Under the pieces are notes generated by a model. It was given only the letters and a program-made list of their open reading frames with translations, was not told where the DNA came from and did not search any database. A DNA stretch of 64,000 bases, taken from Oligoflexales bacterium. Its GTDB lineage: Bacteria; Bdellovibrionota_B; Oligoflexia; Oligoflexales; Bog-1112. Below, one piece after another: positions 55,118 through 64,000 of this stretch. The stretch spans positions 11,921 through 75,920 of the forward strand of contig JBGCEP010000030.1 of assembly GCA_045106415.1 (NCBI GenBank). Direction: 5' to 3'. Position 1 is the stretch's first letter. Every line of letters begins with the position of its first letter. Both the position numbers and the translations under genes were made by a program.

Positions 55118-56416
55118 TTGGCACGAATGATCCTAGGTTGTTTACTCATTATGATCATCGCCATGATTGCCTATACGATTTGGAAGCTATCGCATTCGCA
55201 CGGCTCTCAAAAACGCCGCCCATCAAAACGCCACAGCTTTAGCAATGACCAAAAAAGAACTATCAAGCAAGCTCAAGTTTTATGGAATGAAGGTGACGTT
55301 CACGGCTCTGTCAGTCTATTAGAATCGATTAACATGCATGTTGAAGCCTCTTCGTTGCTTGAATCAAAAGGACAGACTCGAGACGCTGGGCTTCTTCTTA
55401 TTCGATCAGGATATCAGCAACGAGGGGCAACACTACTTGAGAAAAACGAACACTGGCTAGAAGCCACTCAAGCCTACCGAGCACTCGGTCAATACATAAA
55501 AGAAGGACAGTGCGCACAAAAAGCAAATCTTTTTACAGAGGCTGCTTTAGCTTTTTCAGCAGGTCAAGCTCACCTTGAAGCTGGAATATGCTTTATGCAA
55601 GCACAACAACCTTCTCAGGCTGCCGCAGCATTTTTACTAGCCGGAGAGACTCAACATTGGCTAGAAGCTATGAAATACCTTGCTGAGCACGCTCCTGATC
55701 AATATCGTTTCAATCGCCTTGAGTTTTCATGGTTTCTGCAACTCGCAGATCAATTACCGCATCATCAATCACTTCTCAAGATGTTAGATCAGCAGGACAT
55801 CTTAGTTTCCATTATTCTTAATCGATTGGAACAACAAGACTTTGACGTCGCATCCCTGCTTTTTGAAAATTATAAACACCGTAAGTCTGATCTTATTGCC
55901 AGAGTTGATTTTGAATCTAAGGCTGCTGAAACTTTATCTAAAGTTCTTCTCTGGTCTGGGGAATATGAAACAGCAGGAATCTTATATCAACAAAGATCTG
56001 ATTTTGAAAAAGCAGCCAGCGCCTTTAAACAGGCTGGCAATGAGAAAAGATATCACGAATGCCTGAGGCTTTCTGAAGGATTTACCGCCGGCGAAGACGG
56101 GCAGAATTTCTCACTTTCAAGCGTCCAAGAGACACCTAAAAAAGAAGAGCCTTCTTCAGAAGATTTTCCCTCAACTTGTGACGATCAAGAAAAAACAGGC
56201 GAACTTCCTGCTGCTATTGACAACGAACCAACTACAACTGACAGTTCAAATAATAATTTCAAAAAAACGACGCTTCCTTCAGATGACAGCAGTCCCTCAC
56301 CAGCAACCATAGAGAGTGAGCATACTGTGATGGTACAGCTCGATTTAGACGATAAATTCGACAGAGAAGAAGAAGAAGAAGAAGAAGAAGAAGAAGAAGA
56401 AGAAAAACATCGGTAA
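55118..56416 (+). CDS. Membrane-anchored protein with Ala-rich helical repeats and a poly-Glu tail, function unknown
   Basis: TTG start with GAGG 7 nt upstream. The N-terminal TM segment is ILGCLLIMIIAMIAYTIW. Repeats resemble TPR or Sel1 helices (WLEATQAYRALGQY, FTEAALAFSAGQAHLEAG). The C-terminus carries E13. Confidence 0.55.
   Translation: MARMILGCLLIMIIAMIAYTIWKLSHSHGSQKRRPSKRHSFSNDQKRTIKQAQVLWNEGDVHGSVSLLESINMHVEASSLLESKGQTRDAGLLLIRSGYQQRGATLLEKNEHWLEATQAYRALGQYIKEGQCAQKANLFTEAALAFSAGQAHLEAGICFMQAQQPSQAAAAFLLAGETQHWLEAMKYLAEHAPDQYRFNRLEFSWFLQLADQLPHHQSLLKMLDQQDILVSIILNRLEQQDFDVASLLFENYKHRKSDLIARVDFESKAAETLSKVLLWSGEYETAGILYQQRSDFEKAASAFKQAGNEKRYHECLRLSEGFTAGEDGQNFSLSSVQETPKKEEPSSEDFPSTCDDQEKTGELPAAIDNEPTTTDSSNNNFKKTTLPSDDSSPSPATIESEHTVMVQLDLDDKFDREEEEEEEEEEEEEKHR
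56366..56404 (+). repeat. Perfect (GAA)13 trinucleotide microsatellite inside the coding sequence
   Basis: Counted directly. It encodes the poly-Glu tail. Confidence 0.95.
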
Positions 56417-56423
56417 AAGAGAT

Positions 56424-57074
56424 CTAAGACGCTTCTTCTTGAAGATTTGGCTTTCTTTGAATCTTATCAAACAAATTTTGTGCTTCCTGTAAAGATTCAG
56501 GATTTTTTAGAGCTTTTTCTAAAGTGATTTTTTCAAGTAACACCTTAATAATTTTGTCAGGGTTCAGCAAAGTTTCTAAATCTTTTATTTGCTGTCTTTT
56601 CACAAGACCTTGCGCAATAAAATTATGCAGCTCATCGACATCAAAAGGCTTAGATAAAAAACCATCAGCTTCTGCTAATTGCTCATCTGTTGTCTCTCCC
56701 ACGGCACCACTCACAAGTAAAAAAGGGATCGTAGGATCTTTCTTCCTTACTTTCTTCATAAGCTGAAGGCCGTCAACTCTTGGCATCCTCAAATCTGAAA
56801 TAACCAAATCAATATGCCTATCTTTACAAGTCTGCATCGCTTCTTGTGCACTTTTTACAACAATCACTTTAGAAAAGAATTTATTCAGATGAATCTTAAA
56901 AAATTTCAAAAGAGTGCTGTCATCATCAACAACTAAGATATCAGCCTCACCATCATATTTATCTGTTTGCATATCTCGTAACGGCAAAGGCTCCCCCTCA
57001 TGTATAAACTCTACTTCCTTATCGGCGTCACACAGTTCTTCTCCACGATCGTAAACGCAACTCTCTAATAACAA
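56424..57074 (-). CDS. Response regulator receiver (CheY-like) protein with a short C-terminal extension and no DNA-binding domain seen
   Basis: It reads ILVVDDDSTLLKF...DLVISDLRMPRVDGLQLMKKVR...PFLLVSG...FLSKPF. The start is uncertain: TTG 57074, TTG 56987 after GAGGGGGAG, or ATG 56972. Confidence 0.8.
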   Translation of the reverse strand: MLLESCVYDRGEELCDADKEVEFIHEGEPLPLRDMQTDKYDGEADILVVDDDSTLLKFFKIHLNKFFSKVIVVKSAQEAMQTCKDRHIDLVISDLRMPRVDGLQLMKKVRKKDPTIPFLLVSGAVGETTDEQLAEADGFLSKPFDVDELHNFIAQGLVKRQQIKDLETLLNPDKIIKVLLEKITLEKALKNPESLQEAQNLFDKIQRKPNLQEEAS

Positions 57075-57187
57075 GTGCTTTTAAAATACAATTATGAGCA
57101 ATCACATGACTATTAGGAAAAAAACATATGCCTTTATTTATGAAAGACACTGCTACCATGAGAGCAAGAATAATTAAAGATTGATAT

Positions 57188-58369
57188 ATGCTTTTTGTAA
57201 ATCACATAAAAAAATGGTCCTTCCTTTTTTTTGTTACGCACTCACAAAGCGTTTATAGCGCTTTGCCTTCTCAAGATTTTCCAATTACAGGGCATATTGC
57301 TCAACAATCTGATTTTTGGGAAAAAATATTTACTCAGCTACCATCAACGAGCTCTTTAATTCATGACATGAACCATCCAAATGTTCTTCTAGATCTTATT
57401 GATCACCACAAAATAGCAAAGCAAAAAAATCGTAAGCTACCATCGCTAGCGCAGCAAGCAAGCCTTACCGAGGCGTACTTGAATCGCTATAAAGAAGCTC
57501 TCAATCATTTCAAAATCTATGGTGAAAAAGCAAAACATAAAAGTTTAATAGAAATGCGTGTTTATGAAGTTTATAAACGCCAAAGAAAAATGTCTTCTCT
57601 TCTCAAAGGGAGAGCAAAAATAAGGTCACAAGCAGGTTTATCAGATCAGTTTATCCTCGGAGGCAGCCGGTCTCAAAATTATCTTCATCAAATGGAAGAT
57701 ATTTTCCGTGAATACAACGTTCCTGAGGTTATTACTAGATTGTCTTTTGTCGAATCTATGTTTAACAATCAAGCTCGCTCAAAAGTTGGGGCCTCAGGTG
57801 TTTGGCAGTTTATGAAACCCACAGCAAAAAATTTTATTATTGTGGATAAGTTCATTGACGAAAGAAACTCACCTTTAAAAGCAACACGAGCAGCAGCTCA
57901 ACTTTTATCAGAAAATTACAAATTATTAGGAACATGGCCTCTTGCGATCACTGCATATAATCATGGACCTACAGGCCTAAGGAAGGCTGTTAAAAAATTC
58001 AGAACGAAAGACCTAAATACCATTATTTCTCAATATAAATCCTCAACCTTTGGATATGCCAGCCGTAATTTTTATAGTGAGTTTGTTGCTGCTGCTCGAT
58101 CCTATCAAAAGTATATCAATCAAGGGTTAATCACAAAACCAGATGCTGAAAAAAAGTTTTATGAAATAAAACCACATAAAAGAAGAACTATTCCAAATAC
58201 TTTAAAAGCCTTTAATATCTCTTGGTCTACATTTCGATCTTGGAATCCTGGTATGACACAACAAGGTTACCGTTATTATCAGAATAATCTTTTACCTAAA
58301 AAATACAAAATAATAGTCCCTGCTAGCTCTCTACATTCAGCTAAAAAACACAATTTTCAAAGGAGATAG
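57188..58369 (+). CDS. Lytic murein transglycosylase (SLT domain, MltD-like, possible C-terminal LysM-like segment)
   Basis: It has a signal peptide. The catalytic region is SFVESMFNNQARSKVGASGVWQFM..AITAYNHGP. The C-terminus reads ..TLKAFNISWSTFRSWNP...KYKIIVP. Confidence 0.8.
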   Translation: MLFVNHIKKWSFLFFVTHSQSVYSALPSQDFPITGHIAQQSDFWEKIFTQLPSTSSLIHDMNHPNVLLDLIDHHKIAKQKNRKLPSLAQQASLTEAYLNRYKEALNHFKIYGEKAKHKSLIEMRVYEVYKRQRKMSSLLKGRAKIRSQAGLSDQFILGGSRSQNYLHQMEDIFREYNVPEVITRLSFVESMFNNQARSKVGASGVWQFMKPTAKNFIIVDKFIDERNSPLKATRAAAQLLSENYKLLGTWPLAITAYNHGPTGLRKAVKKFRTKDLNTIISQYKSSTFGYASRNFYSEFVAAARSYQKYINQGLITKPDAEKKFYEIKPHKRRTIPNTLKAFNISWSTFRSWNPGMTQQGYRYYQNNLLPKKYKIIVPASSLHSAKKHNFQRR

Positions 58370-58371
58370 AC

Positions 58372-59046
58372 ATGTTGAAATTTTTTATACTGGCCGTACT
58401 TGCATCACAAGCTGTAAGCCATGATCTTGATGATATCCTAGACCGTTTAGAAGAAAAATTAAAAAGAAACGAAACAGAAGAAATGGGATCAGCACCGGAG
58501 CAAAAATACAGAGAACCCCACTATACAACTCAGTCTACAACCCGCATGACCCCAACATCTGATTTATCTATTCAAAACATTGAGAAAAAAGTCCACAACT
58601 TAGAACAACAGATTGGAGATTTAGAAAAAGGAGTTGAAATCTTATTTCAAGAAACGCTCCAACAAGCTAAATCAAAAAATGTCGTCAAAATAACAGCTTC
58701 CATCATAGCCGAAGGATCCCATGAGTTCTCAAGCCTCATTGTCGAGCTAGATGGGAAAAAAATATATTATTCAGATACAGAAACTGGTTTTTGGGTCCCT
58801 GACGACCATCTTCCTGTCTTTTGGGGTACTTTATCACCAGGGTCTCATTCTTTAAAAATGACAGCTCGTATTCATCGCGTTGCACAAACCACACACCCAG
58901 TTCGAGGAGAGCGCCTCATACAAAAAGATTTTAAAGTCAACATTCCAAGTGGTCCTTATGAAAAAGAATGGAAAATAACACTGCAACCTGATCAAAATGC
59001 AACAGGTGATAAAGAAGCTTCTCTTGTTGAGGAGGAACTCTCTTGA
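58372..59046 (+). CDS. Secreted hypothetical protein (N-terminal coiled coil plus a beta-rich C-terminus)
   Basis: 224 aa with signal MLKFFILAVLASQAVS. It starts 2 nt after the SLT stop. Confidence 0.5.
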   Translation: MLKFFILAVLASQAVSHDLDDILDRLEEKLKRNETEEMGSAPEQKYREPHYTTQSTTRMTPTSDLSIQNIEKKVHNLEQQIGDLEKGVEILFQETLQQAKSKNVVKITASIIAEGSHEFSSLIVELDGKKIYYSDTETGFWVPDDHLPVFWGTLSPGSHSLKMTARIHRVAQTTHPVRGERLIQKDFKVNIPSGPYEKEWKITLQPDQNATGDKEASLVEEELS

Positions 59047-61235
59047 AATATTTCATACTCACTATTTTTATAATAACCATGAAGACTCATGCTCAAATAC
59101 CTGAAATAAAATTGCATAAGATTGAAAATGCTTTAACCAATCTAAACCAACAACTCAGTTCTTCTCTTGGAAATCACGAAAAAACAATCCCCTCTAAATT
59201 TGCCCTGAGTGAGAGTTTTTTTTGGTTAGAGAAAAAAAGCTGGCATACAGTCATAGCTCTTTTAGAACCTCAAACTTTTAATGATCCTAAGCAACAACTC
59301 AAAAGATTATACGCTCTAGGTAAATCTTATGAAGACATTAATAACCATAAGTCATCTCAATTTTATCAGCAGTATCTTAACCTATCTCAACACCAGCCAT
59401 CATACCCTCCACAGTTTATGGAGGTCATTCAGTCTCTTCTTCTTGTTTCACCGAAAAATCTTCAAGGGCAGCAAATTTCTTCAATTTTAACACTTAACTT
59501 AAATAAAGAAACACGCCACAAAGTCTTACTTTTTATCGCTACATTTGCACTTAAACAAAACAAAACAGCTATGGCTAGAAAATGGCTAGAAACAATAATA
59601 AAAAATGAACCCACACCGTTGATACTTTCAAAAACCCTTTATTTCTTAGGGACTGTAGCAACTAGAGAAAGACGATATATAGATGCAGAATCTTTTTTTG
59701 ATTCCGCCTTAGGAACAAAAACTCCAGATTCGACTCTGTGGAAAAATAAATCAAAACTTGCCCTTGGGCATATCTCTCGCGATAAGAAAAAGTATAAAAA
59801 AGCTCTTAATTTTTATAAATCGGTCTCTTCAACATCAGAACTTTACCCTAAAGCGATTGAAAACTCTGCTCATATGCTTATCCGCCTTAAACAGTATCAT
59901 TCTGCTATTCCTCTCTTGGAGAAAAGGTTAACTTATCCAGGTAATTATTTGTTTTTTCAAAAACTTCTTGCATGGTTAGATGTACAAGTAGGAGAAAAAG
60001 AAAAGTCGAAAAAATCAATTGCTTCTATTCAGAAAAAATTGAATAAAGATAGAAATTTTATTCTTCATGAAATATCTTCATCTAAAAAAATTTCAAGCCT
60101 ACGCTTTCATCAACTAGCCAGAGTTATTGAAGAGTGGATACCTCATCATCATAATTTGCACAAAGTAAAAAAAGTTTTCCATAAAATTTCACAAAACGAA
60201 AAAAAACTTTATGGATTGCAGTCGCGCATGAAAAACATAGATTATCTTATGATTTATTTAGGTCCCGAACGCCTCCTTCAATATCTTAAAAATGATTATT
60301 TTCAGATAAAGAACATCACTGATCACGCCATTAATCAAGGTCATGACCTTATTCAGGCAACAACTCAACAATTAAATTCTCAAATACCATCTTACTTAGC
60401 AGAGCATTTAAAAAATTCACAAAAAGAGAGAATAAAAAGAAAATCTGAAACATTCAATATTCAAAAAAAATATAAAGTATGGAGATTTATTCAAGAAAGT
60501 TTAAATCATTTAAAAAATGAATCAACACTTAAACAAAGACTAGAGAATATAGAAGCAAAACTTCAAGGAATATCTTTTCGGTCAAAAAAACAACCAACGC
60601 TACAAAACTACGATTATTCAATGGATCCTTACTTTAATAAATCAAGAAAGATCAGAAAAGAAATTCAAAGAGTAGTCCGACTCACTAAAGACCTTCAACT
60701 TTCATCTTGGTCCCAAGCAACTCTTATTGATAATTTAGCCCTAGAATCATTTAAAGACTTTAAAGGTATAGAAGAAGATTGGCAAAAACTTTCAAAAATA
60801 ATGAAAAAAGACAGAACCCCAATCGGAACGAGTCGGTATGCAAAAAACATTAATTTGCACGAGCAGTGGAGTTATCTCGCAGGTCATCTTCTGGAAAAAA
60901 TCACAAATCTTAAAAAAAGAGAAGAAGACAGCATTCATAATTTTATCTTAAAAAAGTCAAATATCCATAAAAAAATCAAATTTCTACGAGAGGAAAAAAA
61001 TAAAAATCAGCGTCTCATCGAAGAGGAAAGTGTCAAAATATTGACATATCTCAAGCCCTTATTCATCACAAAATTTAACAAAATAGAGGCTGATCTCATA
61101 AAATGGGAAGGTGATATGGAGCATCAAAGAGCACTTCAAATCGCCAAGAAAAAACAAAAAATGAAAAATGCGATTAAACTTGAAGAAGAAATACTTCTGC
61201 CATCTCAACAAGAAGCAAGAGGCGTTCCATTATGA
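59043..61235 (+). CDS. Secreted Lys-rich TPR and coiled-coil protein, function unknown
   Basis: 730 aa with signal MKYFILTIFIITMKTHA. It has a 4-nt overlap with the upstream gene. TPR-like helices fill the first half and a Lys-rich coiled coil the second half. Confidence 0.55.
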   Translation: MKYFILTIFIITMKTHAQIPEIKLHKIENALTNLNQQLSSSLGNHEKTIPSKFALSESFFWLEKKSWHTVIALLEPQTFNDPKQQLKRLYALGKSYEDINNHKSSQFYQQYLNLSQHQPSYPPQFMEVIQSLLLVSPKNLQGQQISSILTLNLNKETRHKVLLFIATFALKQNKTAMARKWLETIIKNEPTPLILSKTLYFLGTVATRERRYIDAESFFDSALGTKTPDSTLWKNKSKLALGHISRDKKKYKKALNFYKSVSSTSELYPKAIENSAHMLIRLKQYHSAIPLLEKRLTYPGNYLFFQKLLAWLDVQVGEKEKSKKSIASIQKKLNKDRNFILHEISSSKKISSLRFHQLARVIEEWIPHHHNLHKVKKVFHKISQNEKKLYGLQSRMKNIDYLMIYLGPERLLQYLKNDYFQIKNITDHAINQGHDLIQATTQQLNSQIPSYLAEHLKNSQKERIKRKSETFNIQKKYKVWRFIQESLNHLKNESTLKQRLENIEAKLQGISFRSKKQPTLQNYDYSMDPYFNKSRKIRKEIQRVVRLTKDLQLSSWSQATLIDNLALESFKDFKGIEEDWQKLSKIMKKDRTPIGTSRYAKNINLHEQWSYLAGHLLEKITNLKKREEDSIHNFILKKSNIHKKIKFLREEKNKNQRLIEEESVKILTYLKPLFITKFNKIEADLIKWEGDMEHQRALQIAKKKQKMKNAIKLEEEILLPSQQEARGVPL

Positions 61236-64000
61236 CCAAGCGGCTTTTTAAAAAAACTGTTCTTGCGGGGCTTCTTTTTCATTTCCCCTATTTGCATGCT
61301 GTTGATCCACAAATCGTTAGAAACCAAGAGTGGGAAGCCTCAGATGTTTTTTGGAAAGCTTTTCAAACATATGAGAATCACAAATCGCAAAAAGCTGACA
61401 ACCATATTCATAAAAATTTGAACCGCCTACACACGATAGCTAAAAATCAAAGTAACAAAAATACAGAAGATGAATACGGTGCTCTTAAGAAGGCTGCGTC
61501 TTACTACTTAAAAGCTCTACAAAAACAGAATGTTGATAACGATGGGGCTATACAACTACGCCTAGGGTATACCTACTTCAAGATGTGTGAAATACAAGGC
61601 AAAGAACATCAAAGTTGCGACAAAGCTCTTGATACGCTCAAATATGTTATTAAGAAGACTCCCAAAGGCTCTAAAAGACAGGCTTCTATGTACATGAGAA
61701 GTTTACTCTACGAACAAAAAAACTCTAAAGAGTTAGCTCAAAAAAGCTGGGGTCAAATCATTACTCAAAAAAAATCAGATCGTTACACTTTTCATGCTCA
61801 CATTGCACAGGGTGATGATTTCTTTGAAAGAGAGATCTCAGAAAAAGCATACCTTTCCTTTCATCAGGCATTTCTTCTTTCACAAAAAATACCATTGCTT
61901 CCTTCCTTAGAAAAAACCAGAATTTATTACCGCATCATGTGGGCAAGCTATCGCACAGGTCGTTTAAAAGAATCAATTGAACATGCAACACTTATTCTAA
62001 AACCTGGTCAATCTTTTGATCATGAAATCGGTCGACGGGCTATTCTTAAAGATGCCCAAGAAATTATGGCAGATGCTTTATATGAACTAAAAAATCATAA
62101 TTTAAGCATGAAAAAAATTAATTCTTCAACTCTTAAGCCGTACATTACAGAAATCGTTCTTCGCCTCGCTCAAAGAATGCATCATCATGGTGAGTGGAAA
62201 AAATCTTTGCAAATTGCCCTCTTAGTAAAAAACAAAAATTCTTTATCCAAAAACCAACCAAAACTCTTAAATATGATTTCTGATCTTTATCAAAAAAACA
62301 AGAATACAATTCAATCTATTGCAACTCTATCTGAGCTTGCCATGCTTCTCCCCCATAATAGTCTTTGGAGACAAAAAAACAAAAGTTACCCACAGCACAT
62401 TAAAAAAATGGAACAAGTAGCAGAAAGCGCAGCTATCTCTGTTGCTGCTTGGCACTATAAGCGTGGTTTAGGTTCAAAAGACAAGAGATCTCTTAAAAGT
62501 GCGGCTACGTTCTATAAAATTTTATCTGAGTATAATCCTAAAGATCCTAAAGCTCATGAGTGGAAAATGAGATGGTCCCATTGTCAAAGCTTTTCTCATC
62601 ATTTTGATCACGCCATTGCAGGTTATCAAATGATTCTATCAGATAAGGACAGCCCTTTTTCTTCACGAGAAAATGCGGCATATCAAATGATAAAAGTCTA
62701 TGAGAATAGACTGCAAGAAACATGGCAGAAAATTTCAGACCAAGGTCGCCATATTGTTCAAAGCCCACAAATCAATGAAAAAATTTCACAATTAGAAAAA
62801 TCAGTAACAAATTTCATACATTTTTTTCCTGATTCAAAATATAAACCTCATATTCTTCTTTCTTTAGCAAGTGCATATAGAGATATTAAAAAAATTAAAA
62901 AAGCCGAATCTTTCTGGGAACAAACTTTGCTCTCTGGTGCAAATTCATATCAAAGAAGTATTGCTATACAAGGGCTCATTTATTCAAATTTAGAAAGAAA
63001 AAATTATCTAAATCTCATTACAATTTGCGAAAGATTTTTAAGATTTGAAAAATGGGGCCAGAAAAATAAAAACCTTCAAAAAGAACTTTATCAAATACTC
63101 GCAGCAACTCTGAGTAAGCAAAATAAAATTGATATGAAAAATGGTCAATACAAAAAAAGCGCTGAACGTTTACATGCCATTTTAAATGAATTTAAAGGAA
63201 TTCCAAAAAGAACTTTATTTTCTCGAGATACAGCTTATTTATACGCACTTAGTGGAGACTGGAAAAACTCTGAAGAAATCTCGCATAAATTTATAACTCA
63301 TCAAAAAAAATCGAAACACCTAGCAGATATGTATTATATAAAAGCTCGAAGTCAAGAGTATCGTTTTAAATTTACAGAAGCGGCCAAATCTTACCAAAAT
63401 TATCTTCAGAAATTTCCGAATCATTCACATGCTAAAGAAAGTAGACTTAGAGCAGTTCATCTTGCTCTAGCAGATGAAAATTTCATTCTTGCTGCAGGCC
63501 TTACTATTGAAAATATGAAATACCAGCCTTCTAAAGGCTCTCAAATTAAAGAATGCTATCAAGCAACAAAATGGCTCCTTCAAGCGAATTCTCTTCAGAA
63601 ATCACTAAAGACAGCTCAAGAATGCCTTAATTTAAGCAGCACACGTTCTCAGATCTTACAAAGCCGACTTCTTATAGCAAATCTTGAGTGGGAACAAAAA
63701 GACACAAAGTCACAAATGACATTTAAAAGTTTATTGAAAGATATTACAAATTCAAAAAATCATCTTTCTCCTCAAAGGTATGCAGATTTCATTGGAGAAA
63801 TTCATTTACAACTCGCATTTATGCTTCAAAGCAAATTTCATTCTATCGATATTCAGAGTCAACCACACCAGATGAAACATCAGCTTCATCAAAAAACTCT
63901 CTTATTTGAAAAAATATCTCACCACCTAGAAAAAGCAGGAAGCTTTGGCAGCCAGCCTTGGAATACTCAAGCAAGTTATGAGCTCGGGAAGATAAGTGAT
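61232..64000 (+). CDS. Very large secreted TPR-like repeat protein (more than 923 aa, 3' end beyond the window)
   Basis: Not in the track because it is open at the window edge. ATG 61232 overlaps the previous stop (ATGA). I translated several stretches (61232-62000, 62522-62760, 63962-64000), and the frame stays open and ends exactly at 64000. The signal is MTKRLFKKTVLAGLLFHFPYLHA. TPR-like segments include YYLKALQKQNVDNDGAIQLRLGYTYFKM. Confidence 0.6.
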   Translation, partial: MTKRLFKKTVLAGLLFHFPYLHAVDPQIVRNQEWEASDVFWKAFQTYENHKSQKADNHIHKNLNRLHTIAKNQSNKNTEDEYGALKKAASYYLKALQKQNVDNDGAIQLRLGYTYFKMCEIQGKEHQSCDKALDTLKYVIKKTPKGSKRQASMYMRSLLYEQKNSKELAQKSWGQIITQKKSDRYTFHAHIAQGDDFFEREISEKAYLSFHQAFLLSQKIPLLPSLEKTRIYYRIMWASYRTGRLKESIEHATLILKPGQSFDHEIGRRAILKDAQEIMADALYELKNHNLSMKKINSSTLKPYITEIVLRLAQRMHHHGEWKKSLQIALLVKNKNSLSKNQPKLLNMISDLYQKNKNTIQSIATLSELAMLLPHNSLWRQKNKSYPQHIKKMEQVAESAAISVAAWHYKRGLGSKDKRSLKSAATFYKILSEYNPKDPKAHEWKMRWSHCQSFSHHFDHAIAGYQMILSDKDSPFSSRENAAYQMIKVYENRLQETWQKISDQGRHIVQSPQINEKISQLEKSVTNFIHFFPDSKYKPHILLSLASAYRDIKKIKKAESFWEQTLLSGANSYQRSIAIQGLIYSNLERKNYLNLITICERFLRFEKWGQKNKNLQKELYQILAATLSKQNKIDMKNGQYKKSAERLHAILNEFKGIPKRTLFSRDTAYLYALSGDWKNSEEISHKFITHQKKSKHLADMYYIKARSQEYRFKFTEAAKSYQNYLQKFPNHSHAKESRLRAVHLALADENFILAAGLTIENMKYQPSKGSQIKECYQATKWLLQANSLQKSLKTAQECLNLSSTRSQILQSRLLIANLEWEQKDTKSQMTFKSLLKDITNSKNHLSPQRYADFIGEIHLQLAFMLQSKFHSIDIQSQPHQMKHQLHQKTLLFEKISHHLEKAGSFGSQPWNTQASYELGKISD

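Noticed and set aside
55119-55125. TGGCACG on the plus strand as a sigma54 -24 element.
   Set aside because: No TTGC follows at the -12 position (the sequence continues AATGATCC). The site overlaps the TTG start codon of the 55118 gene.

Overview
64-kb chromosomal segment from a low-GC, Gram-negative, flagellated bacterium. Gene content and style recall Bdellovibrio-like or Oligoflexia lineages, but that is only an impression. All calls come from reading the sequence and the ORF track; no database search was run. Coding is dense, with about 55 protein genes, 2 tRNAs and an SRP RNA. I saw no transposase, integrase, CRISPR array or recognisable defence or toxin-antitoxin module. Housekeeping blocks are: dnaX (partial), ffs, tRNA-Ser and an S1-domain protein; ggt; a 2-oxoglutarate dehydrogenase operon in the order sucB-lpdA-sucA; a CoA-pyrophosphatase Nudix gene and a bactofilin; rplM-rpsI; asnS; three GT4 glycosyltransferases; putP; prfB with its programmed +1 frameshift; fmt; hldE; tRNA-Met(CAU); and a thiolase. 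Motility and signalling blocks are flbD-motA-motB followed by a large periplasmic TPR protein, a chemoreceptor, and a long minus-strand flagellar operon. That operon runs AMIN/TPR protein, sigma54 activator, flgB-flgC-fliE-fliF-fliH-fliI-fliJ, then a MotE/FlbB-like gene. It sits behind a consensus -24/-12 sigma54 promoter that I found by eye. The prkA-yeaH-spoVR stress module is present with an overlapping fourth gene. The most interesting items are listed here. (1) The sigma54 promoter, with an activator that has no regulatory domain, heads the flagellar operon. (2) fliG is absent from its normal slot and FliH is extended. (3) An AMIN+TPR protein is the first gene of that operon. (4) A four-gene, translationally coupled, AT-rich envelope operon spans 57.2-64 kb (lytic transglycosylase plus three signal-peptide proteins, two of them very large TPR-like proteins). 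(5) An uncharacterised trio is coupled to fmt. I did not find a discrete, clearly novel system, and these candidates are hypotheses that need homology and structure searches.
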